Shown piece after piece: positions 28,645 to 36,949 of a stretch of 64,000 nucleotides of DNA. The position numbers were made by a program, and so were the translations under genes. The stretch is taken from the IMG/VR virus record IMGVR_UViG_3300044641_005618; one strand, given 5' to 3'. Below the pieces are notes generated by a model. That model was not told the DNA's origin, ran no database searches, and saw nothing but the letters and a program-made list of their open reading frames with translations. The stretch is from a virus. Taxonomy: Duplodnaviria; Caudoviricetes. Within the stretch, counting starts at the first letter, position 1. Every line of letters starts with the position of its first letter.

Positions 28645-29787
28645 TCACCGGTGCTCAATACAACCGAGACTTTGAAATTTTTCCACAGTCTCAGCGCAGA
28701 GGGTATTGATGAGTTGGTCATCTACCGTGCTCGGTAAGACGCACTCGTTCTTCATTACGTGCTCAGCCTCCTTAAACAGTTGAGTTACAATTGAGCTTAG
28801 TTCGTCATACGTAATCCTGCCGTACTTAATGTCCAGAAGAAACTCTGCGTCCCCAACCAACTTTCTGTTCACAAGAAGCTCTCCGGTTCTCATCCCCTCA
28901 ATGGCCATCTTCATAAGCCGAACACAGTGGCTGGCGTTCTTGCCGTCGTACCCGCAAGCTCGCTCGACTTCGGATCGCTTCACATTCCGATTAGTCAACC
29001 AATCTTGGTAATTACTCCACCGTTTTAAATCTGACCGGTACTGCTGGCTTGAGTGAAGAAGGGCCATGTACTCGTCACTTGCCCTCGTGATTTTCTGCGT
29101 CTCGTCGAAGCACTCTTCCGGTAAGACACTCTGCTTCAGGATTCCCTTCCAATCAACTCGGTCGTTGAGTAACTCGTACAGCTCGACTGAAGGCTGGTAG
29201 TATTCGATTCTGTCTTTAATCAGCAAGTACAAGTACTCAATGAATGACTCGATTTGAGAGGGGGTTAAGCTCGGCGAAGAAACCCCGTAGTCCTCCCACG
29301 TCGGTCGCCGTGTTGGAGGGTTTAAGAGCCACTTGCGGTGAGTCTCCATTTTCTTGATCTGGGACCTTGCGTACTGAACGAATGTGCCAGAGATTCTCTT
29401 GGAAATGAGCTTCCTTCGGTTATCAATTAGCGACTGCCCCAGAAAGTCAAGGTATAGGTAGCTTTCGGGAGTTTGCCACAGCATCTCCAAAATGTTTGGG
29501 TTTTGCGACCGCAACAAGCTTAGGTACCTGCGAATGCCGTACACAACTGAGTCGGAATTGTCTAACTCAGGGAATCTTGAGTTAAACTCACCCTCGTCGT
29601 GTTGCTCCCCTGCCCACCCTTTATCCTTTTGCTCAAATGTTTCGAGAGTGGTGTAAAACCGCTGTGGCGCAACACAGATGCCCTTAAAGTCCAGGTCAGA
29701 CATCTCGGTGTTGAGGCCATAGGCGTGGCTGCCTGACTTGCAAAACAGGATCATCCCGTCTTCAATTTCTTTTCGTGTAATTGTCAT
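28645..29787 (-). CDS. Pol-beta superfamily nucleotidyltransferase (RlaP/PF10127-like)
   Basis: GSHAYGLNTEMSDLDFKGI; C-terminal YDGKNASHCVRL. Confidence 0.85.
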   Translation of the reverse strand: MTITRKEIEDGMILFCKSGSHAYGLNTEMSDLDFKGICVAPQRFYTTLETFEQKDKGWAGEQHDEGEFNSRFPELDNSDSVVYGIRRYLSLLRSQNPNILEMLWQTPESYLYLDFLGQSLIDNRRKLISKRISGTFVQYARSQIKKMETHRKWLLNPPTRRPTWEDYGVSSPSLTPSQIESFIEYLYLLIKDRIEYYQPSVELYELLNDRVDWKGILKQSVLPEECFDETQKITRASDEYMALLHSSQQYRSDLKRWSNYQDWLTNRNVKRSEVERACGYDGKNASHCVRLMKMAIEGMRTGELLVNRKLVGDAEFLLDIKYGRITYDELSSIVTQLFKEAEHVMKNECVLPSTVDDQLINTLCAETVEKFQSLGCIEHR

Positions 29788-29830
29788 TTTTTCCAGTTAC
29801 TGGTTTGTTTACGTGTGTTACTAGCGGTTT

Positions 29831-30121
29831 TCAATCCCAGTCCCTTACGTCAGCAATCTCATACCAGTCATACTCCCGGTCTGGGTCTTTGCTGCACTTA
29901 ATACAGTAGGTTATGTCGTTGCTTTTTAGTTGGCCTTTCATGGGGCCAGACTTGAAGAATCGTGGACAATCAACGTACTCGATTTGCTCTCTAGCCTTGC
30001 TCACAGTTTCAAAACGAGCTATCCAATCTTCTGACCCTCGTGAAGGGTAGTAATGATCGCCGGCAATTAAGAGGAAAGGCTTGTCCATGCTTAAGCTCAG
30101 GTTGTTTTCGGAGTGTGACAA
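29831..30121 (-). CDS. Hypothetical protein
   Basis: FLLIAGDHYYPSRG..DWI motif. Confidence 0.65.
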   Translation of the reverse strand: MSHSENNLSLSMDKPFLLIAGDHYYPSRGSEDWIARFETVSKAREQIEYVDCPRFFKSGPMKGQLKSNDITYCIKCSKDPDREYDWYEIADVRDWD

Positions 30122-30124
30122 CTA

Positions 30125-30182
30125 AGTGTAGCGAGTGTTTGTAACGTGAACAAGACAGGGAACCCCGCCAAGGGTTAATCGG
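30125..30182 (-). promoter_or_regulatory. Degenerate composite promoter copy
   Basis: plus: agtgtagcg..aacaagacagggaacccc..gggttaatcgg. Confidence 0.55.
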
Positions 30183-30395
30183 TCAAACCTTTACTAAATC
30201 GGCAGGGTCACAAGCCTGAGATGTAGCCCCGTCCCACCCAAAACGGGACACTGCCTCGTTGAACTTTACGAAAACATTCTTACCATTGTGAGAGGACACC
30301 GTGCCGTACTCAACGTCAAAGTGGTCTAGGCATCCTGAGGCATGGAGTGGGACGTAGGCCACTCGTGTTCCAGGTGTTGCGAGTTCGATGTTCAT
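30183..30395 (-). CDS. Hypothetical protein
   Basis: ORF track. Confidence 0.6.
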   Translation of the reverse strand: MNIELATPGTRVAYVPLHASGCLDHFDVEYGTVSSHNGKNVFVKFNEAVSRFGWDGATSQACDPADLVKV

Positions 30396-30634
30396 TGTTT
30401 TCGGGGTTGTTTCAGCTTGTTTAACTCGTTTAACTCAATTTCAAGCCCCAGCTCTTTAAGGGCCAGCTCCTGGGCTCTTAGCCTCAGTGTGTCTTCTCGA
30501 AAAGAAAGTTCTTCCTCCTTCAGGGCGAGGGTCTCAGCTCGAAGATCTTCGAGTCTTTTGCCCCTCGGAGGCAGGGGCATTCGCATCCACAATGGTAAGA
30601 AGGCTGGGCACCACATTTGTTTAAGGAGACTCAA
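30392..30634 (-). CDS. Coiled-coil hypothetical protein
   Basis: ORF track. Confidence 0.55.
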   Translation of the reverse strand: MSLLKQMWCPAFLPLWMRMPLPPRGKRLEDLRAETLALKEEELSFREDTLRLRAQELALKELGLEIELNELNKLKQPRKQ

Positions 30635-31239
30635 GAGCTGCCGAGGACAAAACGTACGAATCGCTTCACAACGATGTTTTCGCCAACTACCGCAGCGAAG
30701 TTCTTCACGTATGTTTCGATACTCATTGAGTTGTCTTTGATGTAGGGCTGGTCCATGAGAGACAGCTCTCTGAATCGCTTTGCCACACGACCCTCAACGA
30801 TCTTGTTTCGCATTGCTTCGGGTTTCTTAGCAAGATCTGCCTTGCCGGACTCAATCCGAGTCTCCTCAAGGAGAGTCTCCTCAGGGATATCAAAGATTGA
30901 AACGTGGCACACAGAGGGGCACGCTGCAATTTGCATCGAAAGATTTCGAACAAGTTCCTGGAAAGGCTCCGATTTGGCCACAAAATCCGTTTCGCAGTTC
31001 ACCTCGATAAGGACTCCAACCTTACCGCCAGTGTGAATGTAGCTGCCCACAGTACCTTCTCGTGCGCTCCGACCAACCTTACCATCGGCTAAGGCCACTC
31101 CTCTCTGCCGCAACCACGTGATCGCACCGGCCTCATCACTGTCAGAAAAAATAAGTGCTTCTTTGCAGAGAATCAGGCCCGCACCGGTCTTTTCTCGCAG
31201 GGACTTAACTTGTAGGATTGTTGGAGGGGTGGAAGCCAT
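30631..31239 (-). CDS. tsf: Translation elongation factor Ts (short cyanobacterial/plastid type)
   Basis: VKSLREKTGAG, EVNCETDFVA, MQIAA, VKRFVRFVLG; about 200 aa. Confidence 0.95.
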   Translation of the reverse strand: MASTPPTILQVKSLREKTGAGLILCKEALIFSDSDEAGAITWLRQRGVALADGKVGRSAREGTVGSYIHTGGKVGVLIEVNCETDFVAKSEPFQELVRNLSMQIAACPSVCHVSIFDIPEETLLEETRIESGKADLAKKPEAMRNKIVEGRVAKRFRELSLMDQPYIKDNSMSIETYVKNFAAVVGENIVVKRFVRFVLGSS

Positions 31240-31280
31240 TTTACTTAGGTGTGGTAGAGGGGGTTATTCAGGCTGTAAAT

Positions 31281-31345
31281 ACTATAACGCTTTCTCTTCG
31301 AGAAACCAAGCCGGGAAACCGTCCCGAGCAAACGGCTAACCGCCC
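31281..31345 (-). promoter_or_regulatory. Composite promoter copy (tsf)
   Basis: tttctc-ttc-gagaaa dyad; gggaaacc and ggctaacc boxes. Confidence 0.8.
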
Positions 31346-31465
31346 AGGAGCGCAGGAATGTGTAGAGAAAGAGGCACTCCCAACAGCTGTGCGAAAGAGA
31401 TCTCGGACTGAACTCCAGTGGACTCACTCCAACCAGGCAAGGTTAAGACGTAGAGCTCGTCGGAC

Positions 31466-31816
31466 TTACTGAGCAATGTTAGGCACCTTTTCGTAGGAAG
31501 TCACTGTTTTCTCCCGCATTTCAAAGAATTGATACACGAAGCTAGTGTCTCCGACACTGTCGTTTTCGTTCTTAATATGGGTAACTTGGCGTATTCCAAG
31601 GAAAGACCCGTGAATCTTGATCACTTCTGTGGAAATTTCGTACCACCTGTGCCTATCAAGGTCTAAGTCCCTAGCCACAACTTCGTAGTCGGTGCCGTAG
31701 AAGAAGTTTTCGTAAATGTCTTCCGGAAGGTCGTCGATCCAGTAACCCGTTTGCTTGAGGTTAAGCCCTTGAAGTTTGCTTAAGAGGTTGCTGAAGGTTG
31801 TTTGGGGTTTGCTCAT
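31466..31816 (-). CDS. Hypothetical protein
   Basis: HRWYEISTEVI motif. Confidence 0.65.
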   Translation of the reverse strand: MSKPQTTFSNLLSKLQGLNLKQTGYWIDDLPEDIYENFFYGTDYEVVARDLDLDRHRWYEISTEVIKIHGSFLGIRQVTHIKNENDSVGDTSFVYQFFEMREKTVTSYEKVPNIAQ

Positions 31817-31830
31817 TGGGGGTCAGTAAG

Positions 31831-32055
31831 TCAGTCGTCGGACTCAATTGTGTACTCTATGCGTAATAGTGTGCAAAGTTCTCGCGCAAAATAAATCTCT
31901 CCGACTCTGCACCCTGTGTCAAAAGCGTCGTCGACCCTGTCTATGTTGTGCAGGTCGAAGTCATATGTCCCTTGCTCGTCCGTCCGGTCTAGAAGGTGGC
32001 GCCTTGAGGCCACTAACCTTAGCTTGTCAATCAGTTTAGCGTTGATTAGTTCCAC
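31831..32055 (-). CDS. Hypothetical protein
   Basis: ORF track. Confidence 0.6.
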   Translation of the reverse strand: MELINAKLIDKLRLVASRRHLLDRTDEQGTYDFDLHNIDRVDDAFDTGCRVGEIYFARELCTLLRIEYTIESDD

Positions 32056-32064
32056 TTATCTCCC

Positions 32065-32502
32065 TCACCAGTTCCCTACGAGATAATCTTCACTTGCGCG
32101 CTCCTCTAATGCGGTCTTCGGCCAATCTATGGTACCATCCGTGGCGCGATCATCGGTGTCATCCTCAGCACCCTCTTCTTCGAAGTAGCTAAGCGGGTTA
32201 ATGCCCGTTGCCATCCCGTGGATCTCGAAGAAGTTTACAATTTCTTCCTTATCTGTTACGAAAGTGAAGTTTTCCACGGATACAACTCCGGAAATTTCGC
32301 TGTGCTTGCCGAGAACTTCGCCGAAATAAAGTTCTTCACCACTATCGACCAACCTTTTGACATCCCGAGGTTCGGCAACAAAAATTCCCTCAAGCTCGCC
32401 CATTCTTCCGCAGTCGAAGAAGAACTTGTAAATAGCTTTTTTCATCTGTTTTGTGTTGGTTGCAATTGATTGGTGCGGCTTAACTATTTTTGCAGTAGTC
32501 AT
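32065..32502 (-). CDS. Hypothetical protein
   Basis: DCGRMGELEG..YFGEVLGKHSEI motif; ATG 32502 preferred. Confidence 0.7.
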   Translation of the reverse strand: MTTAKIVKPHQSIATNTKQMKKAIYKFFFDCGRMGELEGIFVAEPRDVKRLVDSGEELYFGEVLGKHSEISGVVSVENFTFVTDKEEIVNFFEIHGMATGINPLSYFEEEGAEDDTDDRATDGTIDWPKTALEERASEDYLVGNW

Positions 32503-32595
32503 GTTTCGTCGTTTGAGGTCTGTAAAAGGGACAACCTGTCTGTCCGTAGTTTGCGGTCCCCCTTGTAGCCAGGAAAACCACATCAGGGCGAGAGG

Positions 32596-33522
32596 TTAAC
32601 CGAACCTTTTCGGAGTCAAGCTTTGAAAGTAAGAGATTAAGTCGGTGTTGTCGAACGATGTACGCTCGCTACTCCTGCTTGTTTTTGCGTATGTGCCGTC
32701 GACGGCGTCGATGTACATTGTGAAGCTACCGTCGTCTCCCATGTAAAACTTCGACCAACCTTCGTTCGTTAGCAATCTCCTGATGTTAAGTTGGTCCACT
32801 GCAAGATTGTCAAACGATAAGTGTGTCTTTCCGAGGAAAGTTGGAATGGCCCGGCACCACTCGGAAAGCAGCTGCTTGGTTTTGTTACCGTAGAACTGGA
32901 CACCACGACCAAAGGTTTTGTACCCGAGCACAAGAGTTTTGCTGTTTGGGAGGGTGCTTAGGTCGGATAGAACTCTGGGCGAGTGCACACCAGCAATCAC
33001 ATGAAACACGGTGTGCGGGTTGTTTTTCAGGAATTGTCTTACCAGGGGCAGGTTCGAACCTGTAACTGAAACACCAATACCTTTTATTAAATCTTTCCGT
33101 CGCAAGTAGCTCAAAAGAAACTTGTAGGGTTCCAGGTGTCTCTCGTTTACGGTTAAATTAGCCACCAACCCTTTGGTCTTAACTTTGCGAAGGAAAGGTA
33201 TGAGATCAGGGTGGGATAGGGGGTTCCCACCCCCAATCGCCAGCTCTACCCCTGGAGGTAAAGGCTCCAAAGCTTTAAGCAAACGGATAAGATCCCCGTG
33301 CTTTCCTTCGAGAGTGGAGTTTTCATGGCAGTAGGGGCACGCCAGGTCGCAAAAGTTTGTAATCTTTATGTCGATGCTTTCCGGGTGTTCGGCCCAAGGT
33401 GGGTCTGCGTCCAGAGTTTCTCGACTCTTGGTGCCGCCAGACCACAAAGTAACGTTGCAGTTGCCGTTTTTGTACGCGTGAAGGACTGTCTCAGTAGTTG
33501 TCATTGTCGGTATGAAGGACAC
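32596..33522 (-). CDS. Radical SAM protein
   Basis: DIKITNFCDLACPYCHE (CxxxCxxC), AIGGGNPL. Confidence 0.9.
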   Translation of the reverse strand: MSFIPTMTTTETVLHAYKNGNCNVTLWSGGTKSRETLDADPPWAEHPESIDIKITNFCDLACPYCHENSTLEGKHGDLIRLLKALEPLPPGVELAIGGGNPLSHPDLIPFLRKVKTKGLVANLTVNERHLEPYKFLLSYLRRKDLIKGIGVSVTGSNLPLVRQFLKNNPHTVFHVIAGVHSPRVLSDLSTLPNSKTLVLGYKTFGRGVQFYGNKTKQLLSEWCRAIPTFLGKTHLSFDNLAVDQLNIRRLLTNEGWSKFYMGDDGSFTMYIDAVDGTYAKTSRSSERTSFDNTDLISYFQSLTPKRFG

Positions 33523-33952
33523 TGCGAGGGTTGAAGATGAACTGGCGCAAAAGTTCTGGGTCTTCGAACAAGTAGTCTAGCTGACCCCCTTCAACAGACT
33601 GGTGGTCGATGTATGAGGTTTCCCGTGCATCGCTAGACCAGTCTGTGGAAAAGTTGTACACGACGTTTGAGCAACCCGTTTGCTGCTTGATCACTGTGTC
33701 AAGAACTTCCTTGAACTCCGCACTCTTTTCCCCGGACCAATCGGAAACGTAAATGGCCGCGTAACTCGCCTTAGTGTCCGCATCGGAGTAGTCTTCCACT
33801 TCCCAGCCAAACTGTCCCCCATTGAGGACCACTTCCCCCTGTTCGTTCAAGGGCAAGGTATCAAGGAGATCTGTGGAACCTGAAGAGATGCTTAACGAGT
33901 GGGTGCTTGAGCTGTTGGTTTCAAAAACTGCTTGTCTTGTTTGAATGGTCAT
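33491..33952 (-). CDS. Hypothetical protein with FETNSSSTHS N-terminus
   Basis: MTIQTRQAVFETNSSSTHSLSI; overlaps radical SAM gene. Confidence 0.75.
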   Translation of the reverse strand: MTIQTRQAVFETNSSSTHSLSISSGSTDLLDTLPLNEQGEVVLNGGQFGWEVEDYSDADTKASYAAIYVSDWSGEKSAEFKEVLDTVIKQQTGCSNVVYNFSTDWSSDARETSYIDHQSVEGGQLDYLFEDPELLRQFIFNPRSVLHTDNDNY

Positions 33953-34134
33953 CGTTTGTGAGTGGGTCTGAGAGATTAAGTACTGGAAAATTTGTGTCGT
34001 AAGCTTGGGGGAACGCTCGTGAAAAGAGGAGTGGGACTTTCAAGCCACCCACTTTTCTGAAAACTTTTAGAAAGTTCGCATACTTTTTAGGGGGTGTCGT
34101 TCTGCTTGCCGTCTGATTTGTGACCCGTGCCAGT

Positions 34135-34563
34135 TTAGAGCATGGGGCGAGCAGGTACCTCAGGAAGCGCGTAGTAGGGTAACCAGTGGCTGCCGTCCCC
34201 AACCCTGGCCGAGTATTTCCACGAGCTGCAGGAGTACATTGGGTGAGAGCTTCCCCTTATGGCGGGGTTGCCCCACCAGCAGTACCCGTTGGAGTCGCAA
34301 TCTTCAGTTCCAGGTAGCCGTTCGGTCTTAGGGACAGGGTTCAACGGGTTGTACGGAAGGAGGTCCAAAGGGTTTCCGTCGTAGTCGCCGGTACTGGCGG
34401 CGGACAAAGCGTCAAGTACTTTTGCGCTCGCGTTGAGAACCCCGCAAACTTGGTAGATGGCTGCACAGAGGTCGCGAAGCTTTCTAACTTCCCGTCGGGA
34501 CCGGTCGAATCCAAGCTCAGCTAAACCCTGTGAGTAGTGTTGTTGTGTAGGCATGAGCTTCAC
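34135..34563 (-). CDS. Hypothetical protein
   Basis: ERLPGTEDCDSNGYCWW module. Confidence 0.65.
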   Translation of the reverse strand: MKLMPTQQHYSQGLAELGFDRSRREVRKLRDLCAAIYQVCGVLNASAKVLDALSAASTGDYDGNPLDLLPYNPLNPVPKTERLPGTEDCDSNGYCWWGNPAIRGSSHPMYSCSSWKYSARVGDGSHWLPYYALPEVPARPML

Positions 34564-34590
34564 AGTTTTACAAATATAGAGGGAATGAAC

Positions 34591-34791
34591 TCATTTGAGA
34601 ACACGTCTCAGAAAGTTGTTCAGGAGGAACAAAGGCCAAAGCAACGCAACCTTCGCTGGTTTAACCGGAGACTTGTACGTACCCCATGTGAAAACATCAC
34701 CTAAAATTAGTTCCACTCGGTGAACAAGTGCAACTACCACAACACCTGAGATGTAGATCGTTGTCAAAATTTGGATCACTGTGAGTGTCAT
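34591..34791 (-). CDS. Small membrane protein
   Basis: Hydrophobic; ALLWP motif. Confidence 0.55.
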   Translation of the reverse strand: MTLTVIQILTTIYISGVVVVALVHRVELILGDVFTWGTYKSPVKPAKVALLWPLFLLNNFLRRVLK

Positions 34792-34923
34792 GGGGTTGAA
34801 AGAAGAAGTCGTAGGATGCGGACAGCACTCAGCAAGTCTTTGTCCGTTAGGCTAATCAAGTAGAGTTGCTCTGCGGCGATGCACTCAGCGTCGCCTTCAA
34901 AAAGACGTATCAGCCTCCCGATC

Positions 34924-35523
34924 TCAGCCAGGTCTTGGATGGGAAGTTGTGTTAGCGACATGAGGTCTCTCTTCTGTCTCCTTTATTATAGCGGCTTTTC
35001 CTCCGCAAAACGAGGAGGGGGAAACCGCCCCCCCCCTTCTAGTCTTAGGGGGCCAGTGTGCCAGGGCTTCTTCTACTATATGAGCCACTCGGCCAAGGTA
35101 GTCGTCTGAGCCCCAAGATGATCGGTCTTCTATCCAAGTCAGGATTTCTGAGCGTGTGGGTTTGTTACTTTGCACTTCAAATACCTCCTGATCAGTTTTC
35201 TTATCCCCGGAGTAAACACCCTTCACACCACCTTCTTCTTTCGGGTCGCAGTAGAACTCAGGGTGGTCCATGTAATAACCTAACGTGTTACCGGCTTCGC
35301 CATCGTCAGGCCAGTAAGAACGATTCCAGTGACCTTCGGAATCTAGAAGGCCGGCAGAGATCAGAAATTGCCTGGCCCAGCCCGGCTCCTTCAGCTTCTC
35401 GTCCACCCAGGCCAGATTCTCAGACGTCAAACGGGACTCCGGACCCTGGCCTGAGGGAGTGTTAGTGGGGTCTTCTGAAACAAGGGTGCTCAATGCAAGA
35501 GAAGCCTCCTTCAGGACCCCCAT
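34924..35523 (-). CDS. Hypothetical protein
   Basis: ORF track; C-terminus runs through promoter element. Confidence 0.6.
   Translation of the reverse strand: MGVLKEASLALSTLVSEDPTNTPSGQGPESRLTSENLAWVDEKLKEPGWARQFLISAGLLDSEGHWNRSYWPDDGEAGNTLGYYMDHPEFYCDPKEEGGVKGVYSGDKKTDQEVFEVQSNKPTRSEILTWIEDRSSWGSDDYLGRVAHIVEEALAHWPPKTRRGGAVSPSSFCGGKAAIIKETEERPHVANTTSHPRPG
34985..35036 (-). promoter_or_regulatory. Composite promoter copy
   Basis: plus: attatagcgg..gggggaaaccgccc. Confidence 0.65.
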
Positions 35524-35648
35524 TCAGTCGCTCCGCCCTTTGGGACGCAGTGGTTGTCTCAGCGTCTGTAAAGAACAAGTAAGAATTGCAAGCGGCGAGC
35601 ATCCTGGAGCAAAGCTCACGAAAGTTATAACTCATGGCGTTTATTGCG

Positions 35649-36287
35649 TTACCTGGTTAGCGGGCCTCGACTTTTAAAGTCTTCTATAGTTTTCTTGTAA
35701 CTTTGTTGAGCTACCTTGTTTCGAGCATCAATTTTAGTGATCCGTGCCGCGTACCGCTGTTGTTGTTCCGTAGACATAACGAGCCGAATCTCCTCGACAG
35801 CGCCGAAACACTTGTCGATCTCTTTAGCTATGCTCAGAACCCTACTAGTACCTTCTTCATGGTCCGAGAAAGCATCATACACTTTCCCGTAACACGAAAG
35901 GGGACCTGCTAAGGTAGCCAGGGCGCGAGCAATGGCGTTCCAACGTCGTATCTCGTCTGAGTTTGAAATGAAGTCAGAGCCCGGCAGGCTGGGTTTCCCC
36001 TCTGGTCTCCAACCTAACCAAGAGATGGCGTCTCTAAGGACCTCTGTGTTGTTTAGTCCACGATGCCCTATGGCAATATCGTTGGTTTCGTCTAATACCG
36101 GCCCATTCAGTGCGGCCCGAGCTCTTTCAAGGAGCTTGTCGTGTTTTCCGATTAGGTCTGAGCACTGAGCGTAGACCTCTGGAAAACTGACATAGCAGCA
36201 GTCGCTCGTTCGGTCAAGCGCCTCAGATGCCTCGTCCAGGGCAACTAGCAGCTCGGTGCACAGTTTACGAAAGTTCTGTTCCAACAT
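35649..36287 (-). CDS. Hypothetical protein
   Basis: ORF track. Confidence 0.6.
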   Translation of the reverse strand: MLEQNFRKLCTELLVALDEASEALDRTSDCCYVSFPEVYAQCSDLIGKHDKLLERARAALNGPVLDETNDIAIGHRGLNNTEVLRDAISWLGWRPEGKPSLPGSDFISNSDEIRRWNAIARALATLAGPLSCYGKVYDAFSDHEEGTSRVLSIAKEIDKCFGAVEEIRLVMSTEQQQRYAARITKIDARNKVAQQSYKKTIEDFKSRGPLTR

Positions 36288-36289
36288 TA

Positions 36290-36544
36290 CTATTCCAGGG
36301 GTAGGTTCGCTTTTGCCTTAAAAGATTGTTCCAGGTTCTCAGCTTGGCTCCCAGGAGTGTACTCACCAGTGTCCACGAAAAACCAGTATCCCAAGAACTC
36401 ACGCGAGATGGTTTGTCTTGACACGTTTGTTTTCTTCCACCACAGTGCTCCCGTGGTAGTAGTGACAGTTACGTCGGCAAAGTACGTGTAGTCGAGTGCG
36501 CTTTTTCCGGTGATTTTAGTTGGCGTAAAGTCAGATAGGATCAT
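36290..36544 (-). CDS. Hypothetical protein
   Basis: YWFFVDTGEYTPG motif. Confidence 0.65.
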   Translation of the reverse strand: MILSDFTPTKITGKSALDYTYFADVTVTTTTGALWWKKTNVSRQTISREFLGYWFFVDTGEYTPGSQAENLEQSFKAKANLPLE

Positions 36545-36819
36545 TGGCCGGGTTTTGGGGTAGGCAGGAGAGGGAGGGAAAGAGTCATACGAACATTATG
36601 CTGAGCTTCGTTCCACCCTATTTCTGCTCTTATTTGCTCATACCAAACGATGTAGTCAAGGGCTGACTTTTCTAAGGGATTGGTTGAACCCCAAGTCCTG
36701 GTGTCTTGTTCCTGGGAGTCAAGTTCTTTCAGTAGGGCAGAGCGATACTGACCAAGAGTCTGAAAACTAATGGCATAGGAATCATCGGCGATTAGGTCTC
36801 GGAGAATGCTGAGTGACAT
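36541..36819 (-). CDS. Hypothetical protein
   Basis: LRDLIADDSYAISFQTLGQYRSALLK motif. Confidence 0.65.
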   Translation of the reverse strand: MSLSILRDLIADDSYAISFQTLGQYRSALLKELDSQEQDTRTWGSTNPLEKSALDYIVWYEQIRAEIGWNEAQHNVRMTLSLPLLPTPKPGQ

Positions 36820-36864
36820 GCGTAGCTCTTGTGGTGTGATGGGGGAATACTAGTTCTTTTGATA

Positions 36865-36930
36865 ACTATAGCGTGTAACTCATCAGAAAACAAGCCGGGA
36901 AACCGTCCCAGGGCAAACGGTTAACCGCCC
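36865..36930 (-). promoter_or_regulatory. Composite promoter copy with two upstream boxes
   Basis: plus: actatagcg..aaacaagccgggaaacc..acggttaaccgccc. Confidence 0.75.
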
Positions 36931-36949
36931 CTTTAGAGTGTAACAACTA

